64,000 nucleotides of DNA from sequence record OQ708377.1, one strand, 5' to 3'. The stretch is from Escherichia phage vB_EcoM_CRP22. The notes under the pieces were generated by a model, which worked only from the letters and a program-made list of their open reading frames with translations, ran no database searches and was not told the origin of the DNA. Positions 44,938-55,366 of this stretch are shown here, one piece after another; the stretch's first letter is position 1; each line of letters starts with the position of its first letter. The translations under genes were made by a program, and so were the position numbers.

Positions 44938-45150
44938 TCAGAGGCCAATGCTAATACGTTCACCCTTAAGGACTCCTGTACGGTCTCTTGCAATCTTACC
45001 GTCAACAATAAGGATATGCGCAGACTTTAAAGATTCACTATTAAAACCTTTTACGAACTTACTAGGCATCACCACAATAAGCATCTCTTGAATCAACTCT
45101 GGAGTATAGCAGTTGTCGTGAAGTTGCTTAATAACGTCTGCAAGTGTCAT
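44938..45150 (-). CDS. hypothetical protein
   Basis: 70-aa ORF. Confidence 0.35.
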   Translation of the reverse strand: MTLADVIKQLHDNCYTPELIQEMLIVVMPSKFVKGFNSESLKSAHILIVDGKIARDRTGVLKGERISIGL

Positions 45151-45201
45151 ATAACCTCCTATATAAGATATTGTATAAGGTACTCTTCCATGAGCACCTT
45201 G

Positions 45202-45735
45202 TCAAGATAGTTTTGCAAACTCTCCGTGGAGTTTCACAGCAGCTTCACAGTAAGCTTTATGGGCTTCTTCTGGTGTGTCATGGTAACCTAAAAACATCTT
45301 CTTACCTTTATAACTTATCTGTGCGACCCACTTACCAGACTTCTTCTTAAGACTTACACCCTTGTACCCAGATTTATTGGTGACTAGTTTACCTTTATTC
45401 CAAGCACTTTGAAAGTCATCTGCCTCCCTTAAGTTTACAATCCTGTTGTCAAGTGAATCTCCGTTGATATGGTCAATGATACCTTTTGGCATCTTGCCAT
45501 ACACGTAAAGCCATGCGAGTCTGTGTGCTTTATGTGCTTTCTTGTCAAAATAGATACTAATCTGTTTATGACCACTTGAATCAGTCTGGATATTACCTGC
45601 CACCTTTCCTGCATAATTACTATTAAAAACACTAACAGCTCTTGATTTACCTTCTCTACGAAGCCAAGTAAAGACCCCTGTTTCGGGGTCATAGTGCAGC
45701 AGCTCCTTTAAACGTTTTTGTAAAATTAAATCCAT
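45202..45735 (-). CDS. HNH homing endonuclease with AP2-like DNA-binding domain
   Basis: 177 aa; HNH motif IDHINGDSLDNRIVNLR and AP2-like GYKGVS...GKWVAQISYKGKKMFLGYHDTPEEAHKAY. Confidence 0.75.
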   Translation of the reverse strand: MDLILQKRLKELLHYDPETGVFTWLRREGKSRAVSVFNSNYAGKVAGNIQTDSSGHKQISIYFDKKAHKAHRLAWLYVYGKMPKGIIDHINGDSLDNRIVNLREADDFQSAWNKGKLVTNKSGYKGVSLKKKSGKWVAQISYKGKKMFLGYHDTPEEAHKAYCEAAVKLHGEFAKLS

Positions 45736-45738
45736 TAA

Positions 45739-48438
45739 TCAATGTACCTCATACCAGCTCTTACCAACCTTTGCTGTACCAGTTACAAGTGTTTCTTTCC
45801 TCAAACCTAAGTTTTTTGAAGCTTGTCCATACATCCAGTCAGCAATTGCTTTCATATCATGTGTCATACCCTCTGGACATTCCCAACTATTTTCATCGTG
45901 ATATGCCAGAAGTAACCTTGCTCCGATAGCTGGTTTTCGAGCATTCAGTTTTGTCAGGCCATCTTCACAGGCTTTTCTTGCTGCTAGGTTGATGGCCTCA
46001 TTCTGAATCTGTGCTTCCGAACTCATCAGGAGGTAGTTCAGTAGTTTATGTGGAGATTTGCACCATATCCATGCTCCAGCGACCCTGATATAACCACCTT
46101 TAGCAATTGAAGAGTTCTTCCCAAAAACCTCTTCCAGAGCCTTTTTAGACGCCTTAAAATCAGCTTCTAAGCTATCAAGTAACTTCTTAATCTTTGGCAA
46201 ACGCATATAGTAAGTTTGTTTAGTCAATGCACCTTCTTCCGTAGATGATGCCTTGATAGTTTTTGCAAACTTCTCGTCTCCGGCTCCAAATAACAGGGCG
46301 TAGATGCCATTTTTGCTCTTCTTACGACCTTTTGTAATCTCGTGAAGAAGTTCCTCATCCTGTGTCTCCCTGCAACGAACAATATCTTCTTCCTTGTTCA
46401 GACCAAAGTAAATACTATTCAGTGTATGTGCATCAGTACCTGTGTAGACTTCGTAGAGGTCATTCTCAGCATCATAACGAAGATACTTATCAGTTTCTGG
46501 ATTGAGGTACTTATCGAGATGCTTGCAATAGTATCTCCCATCCTCTTGCTTGGTAAATTCTACTGACTCTTTACCTTCAGTTACCGCTTTGGTGAAGTCT
46601 TTATCACCCATAAAGTTACACAGTAAAACAAGCTGTGCAGAGTTCTGGTCAACTGAAACGATATTAGTCCCTTCCTCGCAAATCCAAACCTCCCTCATAG
46701 GCGCTCCATAGACAGCAGCACCAGACGGTACGTTTACAATACCATATTGTGTCATACGTCCAGTTGAAGTACCAAACACCATTGCACCAGCACTAAGGCG
46801 ACCATCAGGACGAATCTGGTTCAACCAACCTTTTTCATCATCCTTTGAGTTCTCAATAGTCCTACGTCGGTGCATCAAAGTATAGTATTTAGCAATCTTC
46901 TGTCCAAGCTCACCTTCAATCGTATCATAAGATGATTCAGTAAGTTTTGGTGAAGTACGGATTAAGCAAGGCTCAAGCAAATCTGTGTACTTCTTCACAG
47001 ACCAGTTATGTTCAATGTACTGGACACCTTCGTGTTCAACATAACTCAAACCACACCGTTCCACCATCTCATCCCACTTAGGATGTTTTGTAATCATCTT
47101 TTTGTTGTCTTTGAAGCGACAAACCTTAACAGGACGACCATCAGAGTCTTTCTTATAGTTCCAGTCATCTGGAATCCAACCAACTGATTTCAAGTAGTCT
47201 TTGACAACTGCTACCTGAGTCATACGAGAAACTTCGAACTCAATTGGTGTATATGGTGCATCAATCAAACCTGTGTAGCGACTTGACTCAAGCTCAAAGT
47301 GGTTAACAACATGGCTGTTATAGTACTTCACAGTTTTAACTGTTTTTACTGGCTTCCAGTCTTTGCACTTCTTACCAATCTTTGCATTCAACTCATTGCA
47401 AATTGCACGAGCATCCTTCATTGCTACAAAGCCTTCCTTGTACTCTTCACCAGTTACAGAGTTGGTTGGTGTATAGCAATTCCGCTTTTCAATGTTAAAA
47501 ATCTTGGTAGTTGGTTTACCAAATGGCTTGATTTCATATGTCTGCATCTCACCGTTGCGTACCTGTTGACGATACTTTGTCTTAGGGTACTTGGTAATCC
47601 TCTTCAGTCCATCTGCATGGCCAAATGCTTCAACATACTCATTCCAAGCTTTTGCAAATTCTTCTCCAGTGACTTTACCTTTAGTCTTAATAGTTGGAGG
47701 AAGATGTGGTTCAACTTCTGAAGCAAGCTCATTAGTCAACTTGTCAAGTTCCTTTACATGAAACTCCATAAGCTCTTTATCAGCTTTCCAACCATTGATA
47801 GCCTGTTGACTCATCCAGAAAGATGTTTCTTTAGCTCGCATGTAGGTTTCATAGGTGTCTACGCCACACTTCTTTAGCTTCAGATATTCATTATCCAATG
47901 CACGTTTAGTTTTGGCGTTGATACGGATATCTTCTACAACACGAGTGAAGATTTCTGCATTCCACACACCCCAATGTTCAATCTCTGGTTTACGGACACC
48001 AACACGAGCACCCCATGCTGCCAAGCCATGAGCACCTTTATAGCCTTTTGGAGTTGGCCTATCCATCCACTGAACACGAGACTGGATAAGAGAATCCTGA
48101 AAGAAATTACTCCACGGCTTACACTTTGGATTATCAAAGTTCCACAAATCAGGTGCAATGTGATTGAAAACCCACCAGTCATACCCTAAACCATTATGGA
48201 TGCAAAGTCGTTTTGCCTTTAACGCAAACTCAACACCTTCACGCAAGCCACCCTTAATGTACTTGGTATACTTGTGACCGAGGATAGGCTCATCTGTAAA
48301 GACCCATACAGGTGGCTCTTCATCGTCAGATTTATAGTCTGCGAAAGCCATTACGTGTACTTTAGTGAACTCAAGGAGTAAACCATCAGTTTCTGTATCA
48401 CCAACTAAATGTAAGTTTTTAAAATCTACGTTTTCCAT
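45739..48438 (-). CDS. DNA polymerase, family A (Pol I-like) with 3'-5' exonuclease domain
   Basis: Exo I motif LVGDTETDG near N-terminus; polymerase motifs KSKNGIYALLFGAG and LLAYHDE; start set to second ATG (MENVDF) preceded by GAGGGAG (track ORF extends to 48471). Confidence 0.9.
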   Translation of the reverse strand: MENVDFKNLHLVGDTETDGLLLEFTKVHVMAFADYKSDDEEPPVWVFTDEPILGHKYTKYIKGGLREGVEFALKAKRLCIHNGLGYDWWVFNHIAPDLWNFDNPKCKPWSNFFQDSLIQSRVQWMDRPTPKGYKGAHGLAAWGARVGVRKPEIEHWGVWNAEIFTRVVEDIRINAKTKRALDNEYLKLKKCGVDTYETYMRAKETSFWMSQQAINGWKADKELMEFHVKELDKLTNELASEVEPHLPPTIKTKGKVTGEEFAKAWNEYVEAFGHADGLKRITKYPKTKYRQQVRNGEMQTYEIKPFGKPTTKIFNIEKRNCYTPTNSVTGEEYKEGFVAMKDARAICNELNAKIGKKCKDWKPVKTVKTVKYYNSHVVNHFELESSRYTGLIDAPYTPIEFEVSRMTQVAVVKDYLKSVGWIPDDWNYKKDSDGRPVKVCRFKDNKKMITKHPKWDEMVERCGLSYVEHEGVQYIEHNWSVKKYTDLLEPCLIRTSPKLTESSYDTIEGELGQKIAKYYTLMHRRRTIENSKDDEKGWLNQIRPDGRLSAGAMVFGTSTGRMTQYGIVNVPSGAAVYGAPMREVWICEEGTNIVSVDQNSAQLVLLCNFMGDKDFTKAVTEGKESVEFTKQEDGRYYCKHLDKYLNPETDKYLRYDAENDLYEVYTGTDAHTLNSIYFGLNKEEDIVRCRETQDEELLHEITKGRKKSKNGIYALLFGAGDEKFAKTIKASSTEEGALTKQTYYMRLPKIKKLLDSLEADFKASKKALEEVFGKNSSIAKGGYIRVAGAWIWCKSPHKLLNYLLMSSEAQIQNEAINLAARKACEDGLTKLNARKPAIGARLLLAYHDENSWECPEGMTHDMKAIADWMYGQASKNLGLRKETLVTGTAKVGKSWYEVH

Positions 48439-48497
48439 TTGCACTCCCTCTAATTCATTAACCTCATACATTACTGCAAAAAATTATAAAAAGCAAG

Positions 48498-48527
48498 TTG
48501 ACAATGTGCTTGACAAGGTGTTAATCT
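48498..48527 (+). promoter_or_regulatory. sigma70-like promoter in divergent intergenic region
   Basis: TTGACA - 17 nt - TTAATC, after an A-rich tract. Confidence 0.4.
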
Positions 48528-48694
48528 TTGCGAAGTGGGTTTTTACTTAAAAGGTTACTTAACAGTTTAACTATACAGCTACTTTAAAACTCTTAAAAGA
48601 TTATTTAATAGCTTTTAAAAAGCTTTAAAGTATAACGTATAGAATACGTTAAGATAAAAGATTAAAACTTAACAGTTACTTAAAAGAGGCTTAC

Positions 48695-49117
48695 ATGCAG
48701 AAAATGTTTGTTCACCCAGACATAGCTGACTTTGTTAGAGCTTTGCAGAAGTTGGAAGAACTTGACATTGCTGCTCAACGGGAATATGCTCACCATCACA
48801 GGAGAATGGTTGATATACAACATGAAATAGAGTTGTCTGAAAACTATGAGGATGACTTAAAATGCTCTGTATTTGAGCATATGAAAGATGTTGCTACAGC
48901 GAGGCGTAAAGCTAAAGACACAGTTGCTTTACTAGATTCTCTTAAAAAGAGGTTGCAAAGTGGTACAGACCTGTGTAATCTAGCGTCACTGATTAACGAT
49001 GTTGAAACTTCTTGGGATAGACATTACTATCCACGTTCTGAAAAGACACTTGACTTTTCTTCATCAGAAAACTTAAAATGTTCTAGAAAGAAACTTAACC
49101 AACTGAGAGAGAAATAA
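48695..49117 (+). CDS. hypothetical protein
   Basis: 140-aa ORF. Confidence 0.45.
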   Translation: MQKMFVHPDIADFVRALQKLEELDIAAQREYAHHHRRMVDIQHEIELSENYEDDLKCSVFEHMKDVATARRKAKDTVALLDSLKKRLQSGTDLCNLASLINDVETSWDRHYYPRSEKTLDFSSSENLKCSRKKLNQLREK

Positions 49118-49118
49118 T

Positions 49119-49919
49119 ATGAATAACGATGTAGAAAAGATGCTTGAAGAGAAAGGTGTTGATGAAGCATTCTTAATAAATGCCGTAGAAAGCATGGCTA
49201 TGATTCTTCGTGGAAACAACTACACAGAACAGTTTATGCCTGCAAGCTATAACTTGCCTAAAGACAAGTCTGATAACGGTGCTTTTGCAGAGCAGGTTAA
49301 TATGATGTTGACAGACACTACACTTGCTCTGGCATCTATTGCGGTTGGTGTTGATGCACTTGCTGAGTTCATTTTTTATGAAATGCAAAAGAATGACTAT
49401 ATCAGGATGTCAGACGAAGATAAGGAACTGTTGCTGACTAAGGACACTGATTTCATTATTGATACGCTTATCTCATCAACGAGTGCTGTTATGGCTGTTC
49501 TTGAGAAGCGTATGGAAGAGAAACTTTCACGATATGAAAAACTTGATTGGGGCGTAGAAGAATTAAACCCACGAATCAAAGAGATTATCCAGCAAACTAA
49601 AGAGTCTTTGGAAGAAGCTGTTGAAAATGACTCTGTAGCTGACATTGAACCACTTCAGGTGAAAGTTGCACTGATGATTCAAGCTATATCTACGATGATG
49701 TATATCGTTGCACTAATCCAACTGTCACAGATGATGGGTGTGAGTATTGAGTTCATTGAGGAGATGACTGGTGGTGCTAGTATGCAAGCAATCAATGATG
49801 TTTTGGTGAATATTGGTGCTTCAATCATTGAAGAGAAGCTACGCATTAACTTCGGTGATGATTTTGTGAAGCAAATCTCAACTATGGCTGAAAAAGAGTA
49901 TGCTGACCAACTGCACTAA
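49119..49919 (+). CDS. hypothetical protein
   Basis: 266 aa with hydrophobic central segment. Confidence 0.45.
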   Translation: MNNDVEKMLEEKGVDEAFLINAVESMAMILRGNNYTEQFMPASYNLPKDKSDNGAFAEQVNMMLTDTTLALASIAVGVDALAEFIFYEMQKNDYIRMSDEDKELLLTKDTDFIIDTLISSTSAVMAVLEKRMEEKLSRYEKLDWGVEELNPRIKEIIQQTKESLEEAVENDSVADIEPLQVKVALMIQAISTMMYIVALIQLSQMMGVSIEFIEEMTGGASMQAINDVLVNIGASIIEEKLRINFGDDFVKQISTMAEKEYADQLH

Positions 49920-49937
49920 GTCTTTATAAATCTTACA

Positions 49938-49961
49938 AGCCTCCTTAGTTGGGGGCTTTTT
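49938..49961 (+). terminator. Rho-independent terminator
   Basis: agcctcc-ttagtt-gggggct followed by TTTTT. Confidence 0.6.
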
Positions 49962-49980
49962 AGTAATTAAGGGAGACAAA

Positions 49981-50724
49981 ATGAGTAATATTATCGCATT
50001 TACTGGAAAGGCACGTTCTGGAAAAGATACCTCATGCTCTATTGTTAAGAATATCCTAGAAGATGAGTATGGCTACAATGTTGCAGTAATGGCCTATGCA
50101 GACAATCTTAAGCTATCTGCATCAAAGATATTTGACTTGACGTGGAATGACCTGTACGGTGAAACTAAAGAGACTCCACAGGTTTTTGATTTATCATACT
50201 CTGAACTTATGTTTAAAGTTACAGAAGCTATGGAGTTTACCTTCAGGGGCGAGCGTTATCATACGGACTTCAAACTTATGTCAGAGTTAACCGGACGATT
50301 AATTATGGAGCTTAAGAAGGTTGCTAAACCAACTCTATTGACACGTCTGGGATTTAGTAAAAAGTATAAATTCTCGTCAAGGCAAATTCAACAGATTTGG
50401 GGTACTGAAGTTATCCGTAAAGTTATGGGTGACAAATTCTGGGCTAAAGACCTCGAAAAACGAATGGCAAATTTCTTTGACGTTTGCTCACTTAGGAATC
50501 AAGAAGGTGTTGTTTTAATCAGTGACTTAAGGTTTGACTCTGAAGCTGAGTGGTTGAGCAGATTTGCACACCAAATTGTTGAAGTAAAAAGAAACAATGT
50601 GGATAAGGTTTCGTCACATGTTTCAGAAAATGGAATTTCTACCAAATATGCGCGTGACATTATCCATAATAATGGTACTCTTGCAGACCTTGAAAGCAAG
50701 CTAAGAGCTATCCTGAAAATTTAA
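49981..50724 (+). CDS. deoxynucleoside monophosphate kinase-like P-loop protein
   Basis: 247 aa; N-terminal IIAFTGKARSGKDT resembles T4 gp1 dNMP kinase N-terminus as I recall it. Confidence 0.6.
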   Translation: MSNIIAFTGKARSGKDTSCSIVKNILEDEYGYNVAVMAYADNLKLSASKIFDLTWNDLYGETKETPQVFDLSYSELMFKVTEAMEFTFRGERYHTDFKLMSELTGRLIMELKKVAKPTLLTRLGFSKKYKFSSRQIQQIWGTEVIRKVMGDKFWAKDLEKRMANFFDVCSLRNQEGVVLISDLRFDSEAEWLSRFAHQIVEVKRNNVDKVSSHVSENGISTKYARDIIHNNGTLADLESKLRAILKI

Positions 50725-50732
50725 AAGAGAGG

Positions 50733-50933
50733 ATGAAGATGAGAGTAAAAGATAATTTTAAAGTTATTGACCATCGTTTAGTGGAACTCTCATCTCTTTC
50801 CGATGAGGTAATGATTGAACGTCTTAAGAGAGTTGAATCACGAAGGAAAGAGATTGCAGATGAAATTCATGAACTGGACAAGATTGAAAATGGATTGAAG
50901 GCAGAACTACAACGAAGAGGTGCTAATGTCTAA
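50733..50933 (+). CDS. hypothetical small coiled-coil protein
   Basis: 66-aa ORF. Confidence 0.4.
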   Translation: MKMRVKDNFKVIDHRLVELSSLSDEVMIERLKRVESRRKEIADEIHELDKIENGLKAELQRRGANV

Positions 50934-52911
50934 AGGTCGTAAATTGAAAGAGGCTGGTCAGTTTGTTGGTCATTGTGCATGTCCACGTTGTGGTTCATCA
51001 GATGCTGGTTCAATCTATCATCATGACGATGATTCTTATTCAATGACTTGCTTTAGTTGTAACAAAGGTTTCCCAGAGTGGGATTTTGATAAAGGACAAA
51101 TCGTGAGCACTTATTCTACTGGTTCAGACAATAAAAACCGTACTTTCCGTGGAATGGATTTAGACGATGTGAAAGAAAACCTTGAAGCAATGGACTTGAA
51201 AGACAGGAAAATCCCTGCAAAAGTCCTTGAACGTTTAGGTATCAAGGTTGACATTGACAGTGATGGTGAAATTGACGCACATTTCTACCCAACTTACAAA
51301 CGTAATGAAGATGGCAAGCTAGAGCATGTTGGCTACCGTGTTCGTCACCGTTACCCAGAAGACCATCCAAAAGAACACCTACGTGGTAAGCTAAAAGACT
51401 TTTCAGGTGGTGTTGGAGACATTAAAGGTGAACTGGCAATGTTCGGTTCATGGATTGCTCCAGAAGGTGGCAACCGTCTATTCATCTGGGAAGGTGAGAT
51501 GGAATGTGCGACAGCAATCTACATGACTTCTTTGGCGATTAAAGATAAATCTCGTCGTAAGAATTACTGTCACGTATCTGTTCCATCAGGTGCAAACATT
51601 AAGTCTATCAAAGACAACTATCAGTACATCACATCATTTGATGAAATTTACTTGTGCTTTGATAACGATGAAGCAGGTGCTAAAGCCACTAAAGAGGCTG
51701 CTGGTATCCTACCTATTGAGAAGGTCCGTTTATTCCAGTATCCAGAAGGTGTAAAAGACCTTAACGAGTGGTGGACAAAGTTCTATAAAGAGAAAGATAC
51801 AGTTCTGGAAGGATTTAAGCAGCGTATCTACAACGCACCTCGTTACTGCCCTGCTGGTATCAAGAACTTTGCAGATGGTTTTGAGGCAATGAAGAATCGT
51901 GGTCAGATTCCATTGATTCCTTTCCCAGAATCTTTCGGGGATTTGAACAGGCTGACTTATGGTGGTTACGGTTTAGGTGAGATTACAACTCTGGCAGCAC
52001 CATCTTCAGTAGGTAAATCGGCATATACCCGTGAAATGATTTACACTGCTTGGAAGGAAACCGATTACAATATTGGTGTAATTCCTGTAGAAGATACCTA
52101 TGAAGAGTTGATGGAGATGCTCTGTGCAATTCACCTGAGCAAGCAGATTTCTGAGATTCCTTATGATGAACGGGATTGGGATGAATTAAAAGGAGCACAC
52201 GCAGAACTATCTAAAGGTCGTCGTATCCATATCGTTGACCATCAAGGGGCAATTGACCAAGATAACCTGCTGGAATTTGTTGACTACCTTGTTAACAGTT
52301 TAGACTGTAAGATTATTATTCTTGACCCTATTACGTTGGCTCTGTCACGTTCTGATACGGATGAAGAAGAAGTCTTGTCTGAGTTATTGCGTCGTTGCAA
52401 ACGCTACCAGTATGCACAGGTAAACGTATGTCACGTTCGTAAGAGTGCAGGTGGTCAGAAAGCTAACTCTGAAGGCGGGGATATCTCTGAAGAGGATATT
52501 AAGGGTTCTGGTGCGTATTTCCAGATTTCCATGAACAACATCCTGTTAATGCGTAACAAGGTTGACCCAGACCCTGTTAAGAAAAACTTGACAAAAATCA
52601 AGTTAACTAAGTGTCGTCGTCATGGTAAGTCAACAGGTATTGCTGGTCATACTTGGTACAATCCAGATACAGGACGTCTTATCAAAGCTTCTGGATGTGG
52701 TGTTGATATTGATGGTGCAGCAGAAAATATTCGTCAACAGTTTGGTATTGGTGAAGCTGAAGACCATTACGATGACTCTTTACCTCATTATGAGGATGAA
52801 GTGTTTGACCGTGAGACTGGTGAAGTCTATACTGAAGAACAGCGTCAAAGCTCAACGATTCCACCTGTATTAAGTGAGGATGCAGATGACTGCCCGTTTG
52901 AAACTGAGTGA
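50926..52911 (+). CDS. bifunctional DNA primase / DnaB-like helicase
   Basis: N-terminal zinc ribbon CACPRCG...CFSCNKGF, TOPRIM-like FDNDEAGAKA, C-terminal helicase Walker A APSSVGKSAY; ATG after GAGGTG (track start is GTG at 50920). Confidence 0.85.
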   Translation: MSKGRKLKEAGQFVGHCACPRCGSSDAGSIYHHDDDSYSMTCFSCNKGFPEWDFDKGQIVSTYSTGSDNKNRTFRGMDLDDVKENLEAMDLKDRKIPAKVLERLGIKVDIDSDGEIDAHFYPTYKRNEDGKLEHVGYRVRHRYPEDHPKEHLRGKLKDFSGGVGDIKGELAMFGSWIAPEGGNRLFIWEGEMECATAIYMTSLAIKDKSRRKNYCHVSVPSGANIKSIKDNYQYITSFDEIYLCFDNDEAGAKATKEAAGILPIEKVRLFQYPEGVKDLNEWWTKFYKEKDTVLEGFKQRIYNAPRYCPAGIKNFADGFEAMKNRGQIPLIPFPESFGDLNRLTYGGYGLGEITTLAAPSSVGKSAYTREMIYTAWKETDYNIGVIPVEDTYEELMEMLCAIHLSKQISEIPYDERDWDELKGAHAELSKGRRIHIVDHQGAIDQDNLLEFVDYLVNSLDCKIIILDPITLALSRSDTDEEEVLSELLRRCKRYQYAQVNVCHVRKSAGGQKANSEGGDISEEDIKGSGAYFQISMNNILLMRNKVDPDPVKKNLTKIKLTKCRRHGKSTGIAGHTWYNPDTGRLIKASGCGVDIDGAAENIRQQFGIGEAEDHYDDSLPHYEDEVFDRETGEVYTEEQRQSSTIPPVLSEDADDCPFETE

Positions 52912-53320
52912 TAGTTATAAAAGAGAGGGGTTCACTCCCTTCTTTGAAGAAAAAAGTTTAAATGAATTTCAGGAAGAGTGTTTGACAAAGGTTGATAGGT
53001 TCTATAGAATGCTTCTCATGAAATGCGATGGAGAGGTTGCTATAAAAGAAGATTCCTACCAAAGCACGATTACAGTCATCATTACACTGCCTCAGCATAA
53101 TATTAGTTGGCTGTTTATAATTAAAGAAAATGTGTTTGAATATCAAGTATATCGGAGAATATCATGAAACACTCTAAAGCATTTGAAAAAGTTTTTGGTG
53201 ATTCCTTAAAAGCCACTGCTGGAAAACCAGCAAAATACTATGAAGAAAAACGTGTAAGAACTGGAAAAACTGCACGTAAAGCAGCTTCTAAAGATAAGCA
53301 CAACTTCCAGTAATTAGTAT

Positions 53321-53349
53321 TTGACAATAGAGTATCAACAAACTAGAAT
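53321..53349 (+). promoter_or_regulatory. sigma70-like promoter overlapping a palindrome
   Basis: TTGACA - 17 nt - TAGAAT; gagtatcaa ... ttgatactc inverted repeat spans the spacer and -10. Confidence 0.5.
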
Positions 53350-53385
53350 TGATACTCTTCATAAATTGAGATAGAGGTTTAAATA

Positions 53386-54243
53386 ATGTCTAAAGTTGTT
53401 AAAATGAAAGCTCCGGTAGAGAAGTACAATGGTACTGAACGTCAAACTCTGCGTTACCTGCTGAAAGATGTCTGGTTTTATTACCTGAACACTTCACCAC
53501 GTCCGGGAAAAGGTAAATCCATTGATAAGAAATTCCCAGGAAAAGACTGTAACTACAGCGTATCAATCCTGGCAGAAGACGGTAACAAGCTCTTTAAAGA
53601 GTTTACTAAGTCTAAGAAGAATCCAGAAGGTTGGGATAAAGTTACTACTGAAGCAGTTGATGCAGACGACTTTGAAGAGAAGTTTGGTTGCAAACCACCA
53701 TTTGAAGCAGATACTTACTACATCTTGAAAGTAAGTCGTGCAGCAGCTTATAAAGATGGTGCTGTGTGGACAGCTAAACAGTCATTCCCTGTAATGCTGA
53801 TTGAAGAAGTAAATGGTAAGCGTGTAGCTGTTAAACAGCCGATGAAGAAAATCAAAGCTCAAGCATCTGATGAACATGAAGATGACAAGAACTATGATGT
53901 AATTCATCCAGATATTGCAGTCGGTAATGGTTCTTTTGGTAGTGTGATTCTTTCTACTCACTTCTACACTTTTGAGAACAATGTTCTGACAAAACCTATT
54001 CAGGAACAGTTTATCATTGATACTCTTGTACCTTACACTGGTGGTAACGGTGCTAACGGCGAACCTGAACTGGATGAAGATGAACTGGCTATGCTTGGTC
54101 TTGATGGTGTTGAAGATAACGGTGAAATCACTGAAGAAGATGCAACAGACCACAAACCTTCGAATGCTTCTGATGATGGTGATGATGAAGACTTGCCAGA
54201 CCCAGATGATGAAGAAGATGAAGACTTCGATACAGAAGACTAA
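53386..54243 (+). CDS. putative single-stranded DNA-binding protein with acidic C-terminal tail
   Basis: 285 aa; extremely acidic C-terminus (DDGDDEDLPDPDDEEDEDFDTED); sits between replication genes; assignment is inference. Confidence 0.4.
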   Translation: MSKVVKMKAPVEKYNGTERQTLRYLLKDVWFYYLNTSPRPGKGKSIDKKFPGKDCNYSVSILAEDGNKLFKEFTKSKKNPEGWDKVTTEAVDADDFEEKFGCKPPFEADTYYILKVSRAAAYKDGAVWTAKQSFPVMLIEEVNGKRVAVKQPMKKIKAQASDEHEDDKNYDVIHPDIAVGNGSFGSVILSTHFYTFENNVLTKPIQEQFIIDTLVPYTGGNGANGEPELDEDELAMLGLDGVEDNGEITEEDATDHKPSNASDDGDDEDLPDPDDEEDEDFDTED

Positions 54244-54262
54244 TCTCTAAAAGTTACTTTAA

Positions 54263-54290
54263 AGCCCTGTACTTAGTATGGGGCTTTTTC
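54263..54290 (+). terminator. Rho-independent terminator
   Basis: agcccc ... ggggct followed by TTTTT. Confidence 0.6.
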
Positions 54291-54305
54291 ATATGGAGAG
54301 CCATA

Positions 54306-55352
54306 ATGGAGAAGTACACATTAACAAAACTTCCCGATTCAGTTACACATGTTTTTATTGACTCTGACAGTATTGCCTATAAAGGTGCTTGTGTAGTTGA
54401 GAAAGCAAAATATAAATATGTCAATAAACTCACAGCAGAAGAGTCTGAGCCATTTGATAATGCGAAAGATGCTGCAAGATGGTTATCAGACCAGAGAATC
54501 CTTGTGGAAGAGCTTGGCCTGACATTTGATGAAGATGAATGGGAAAGACAGACTTGGAAAGAAGCTAAGAGTGAAAAAGAAGCTATCATGGCTACTCAAC
54601 AGGTGCTTCAGGAATGGCTTAAGATTGTTGGTAAAGAAAGAACTTGGGTAGGTTATTTAACAGAGAAAGGTGTGCATAAGCATAAAGACATTAAAGGTCT
54701 TGAGCACCAATATCAAGGTAACCGTAAAGATGCTGTCACACCAACACACTTAGTTGCTTGTCGTGAGTATCTTCTGTCAAGACCAGAGTTTAAATTGATT
54801 CTTGATGGATTTGAAGCTGACTCTATCGTTATTGCTAAAGCTGAAAAGATGGGTAAAAAGGCTGCCTTAATGAGTATTGATAAAGACCTTCGCCAAGCTG
54901 AAGGGACTTACTGCATTGATATGACCTATGAGAAGTCACCTTTGATTTTCATTGCTGATAACAACGTTGGTGAAATTTGGGATTGTCCAATAAAATCGAC
55001 ACCAAAAGCTAAGAAGACAGTTGGGGTAGGTTTTAAATTTCTTTGTTACCAAGCTGTGGCTGGTGATAATGCAGATAACTATTTTGGTTTAAAGGGCGTT
55101 GGTAAGGTTGCTGTAATGAAAGCCCTTGAAGGTAAAACTACTTACAAAGAGTGTCTTGATGCAATTTATGAGCTTTATGCTAAGAAAGAGTCATACACTT
55201 ATGTCTCGTGGGATGGTCAAACAATTACCAGAACACCCTTAGAGTTAATGCAGCAACACTTTTTCTTAGCTTATCAGGAAAGAAATAAGAAAGACGATTT
55301 TACTTTTGATAAGTATGGGTGGACACCAAATGTTAACTCAACAAACTCTTAA
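54306..55352 (+). CDS. putative 5'-3' exonuclease / RNase H (FEN-like)
   Basis: 348 aa; N-terminal VFIDSDSIAYKG resembles the flap-endonuclease/T4 RNase H N-terminal motif. Confidence 0.45.
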   Translation: MEKYTLTKLPDSVTHVFIDSDSIAYKGACVVEKAKYKYVNKLTAEESEPFDNAKDAARWLSDQRILVEELGLTFDEDEWERQTWKEAKSEKEAIMATQQVLQEWLKIVGKERTWVGYLTEKGVHKHKDIKGLEHQYQGNRKDAVTPTHLVACREYLLSRPEFKLILDGFEADSIVIAKAEKMGKKAALMSIDKDLRQAEGTYCIDMTYEKSPLIFIADNNVGEIWDCPIKSTPKAKKTVGVGFKFLCYQAVAGDNADNYFGLKGVGKVAVMKALEGKTTYKECLDAIYELYAKKESYTYVSWDGQTITRTPLELMQQHFFLAYQERNKKDDFTFDKYGWTPNVNSTNS

Positions 55353-55366
55353 AGAATACCTACACT

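Noticed and set aside
47299-47721. 140-aa plus-strand ORF inside the DNA polymerase gene
   Set aside because: Antisense to a well-supported polymerase coding region; hydrophobic low-complexity translation; no RBS
53782-54153. 123-aa minus-strand ORF antisense to the SSB-like gene
   Set aside because: Entirely within the plus-strand gene; no independent support
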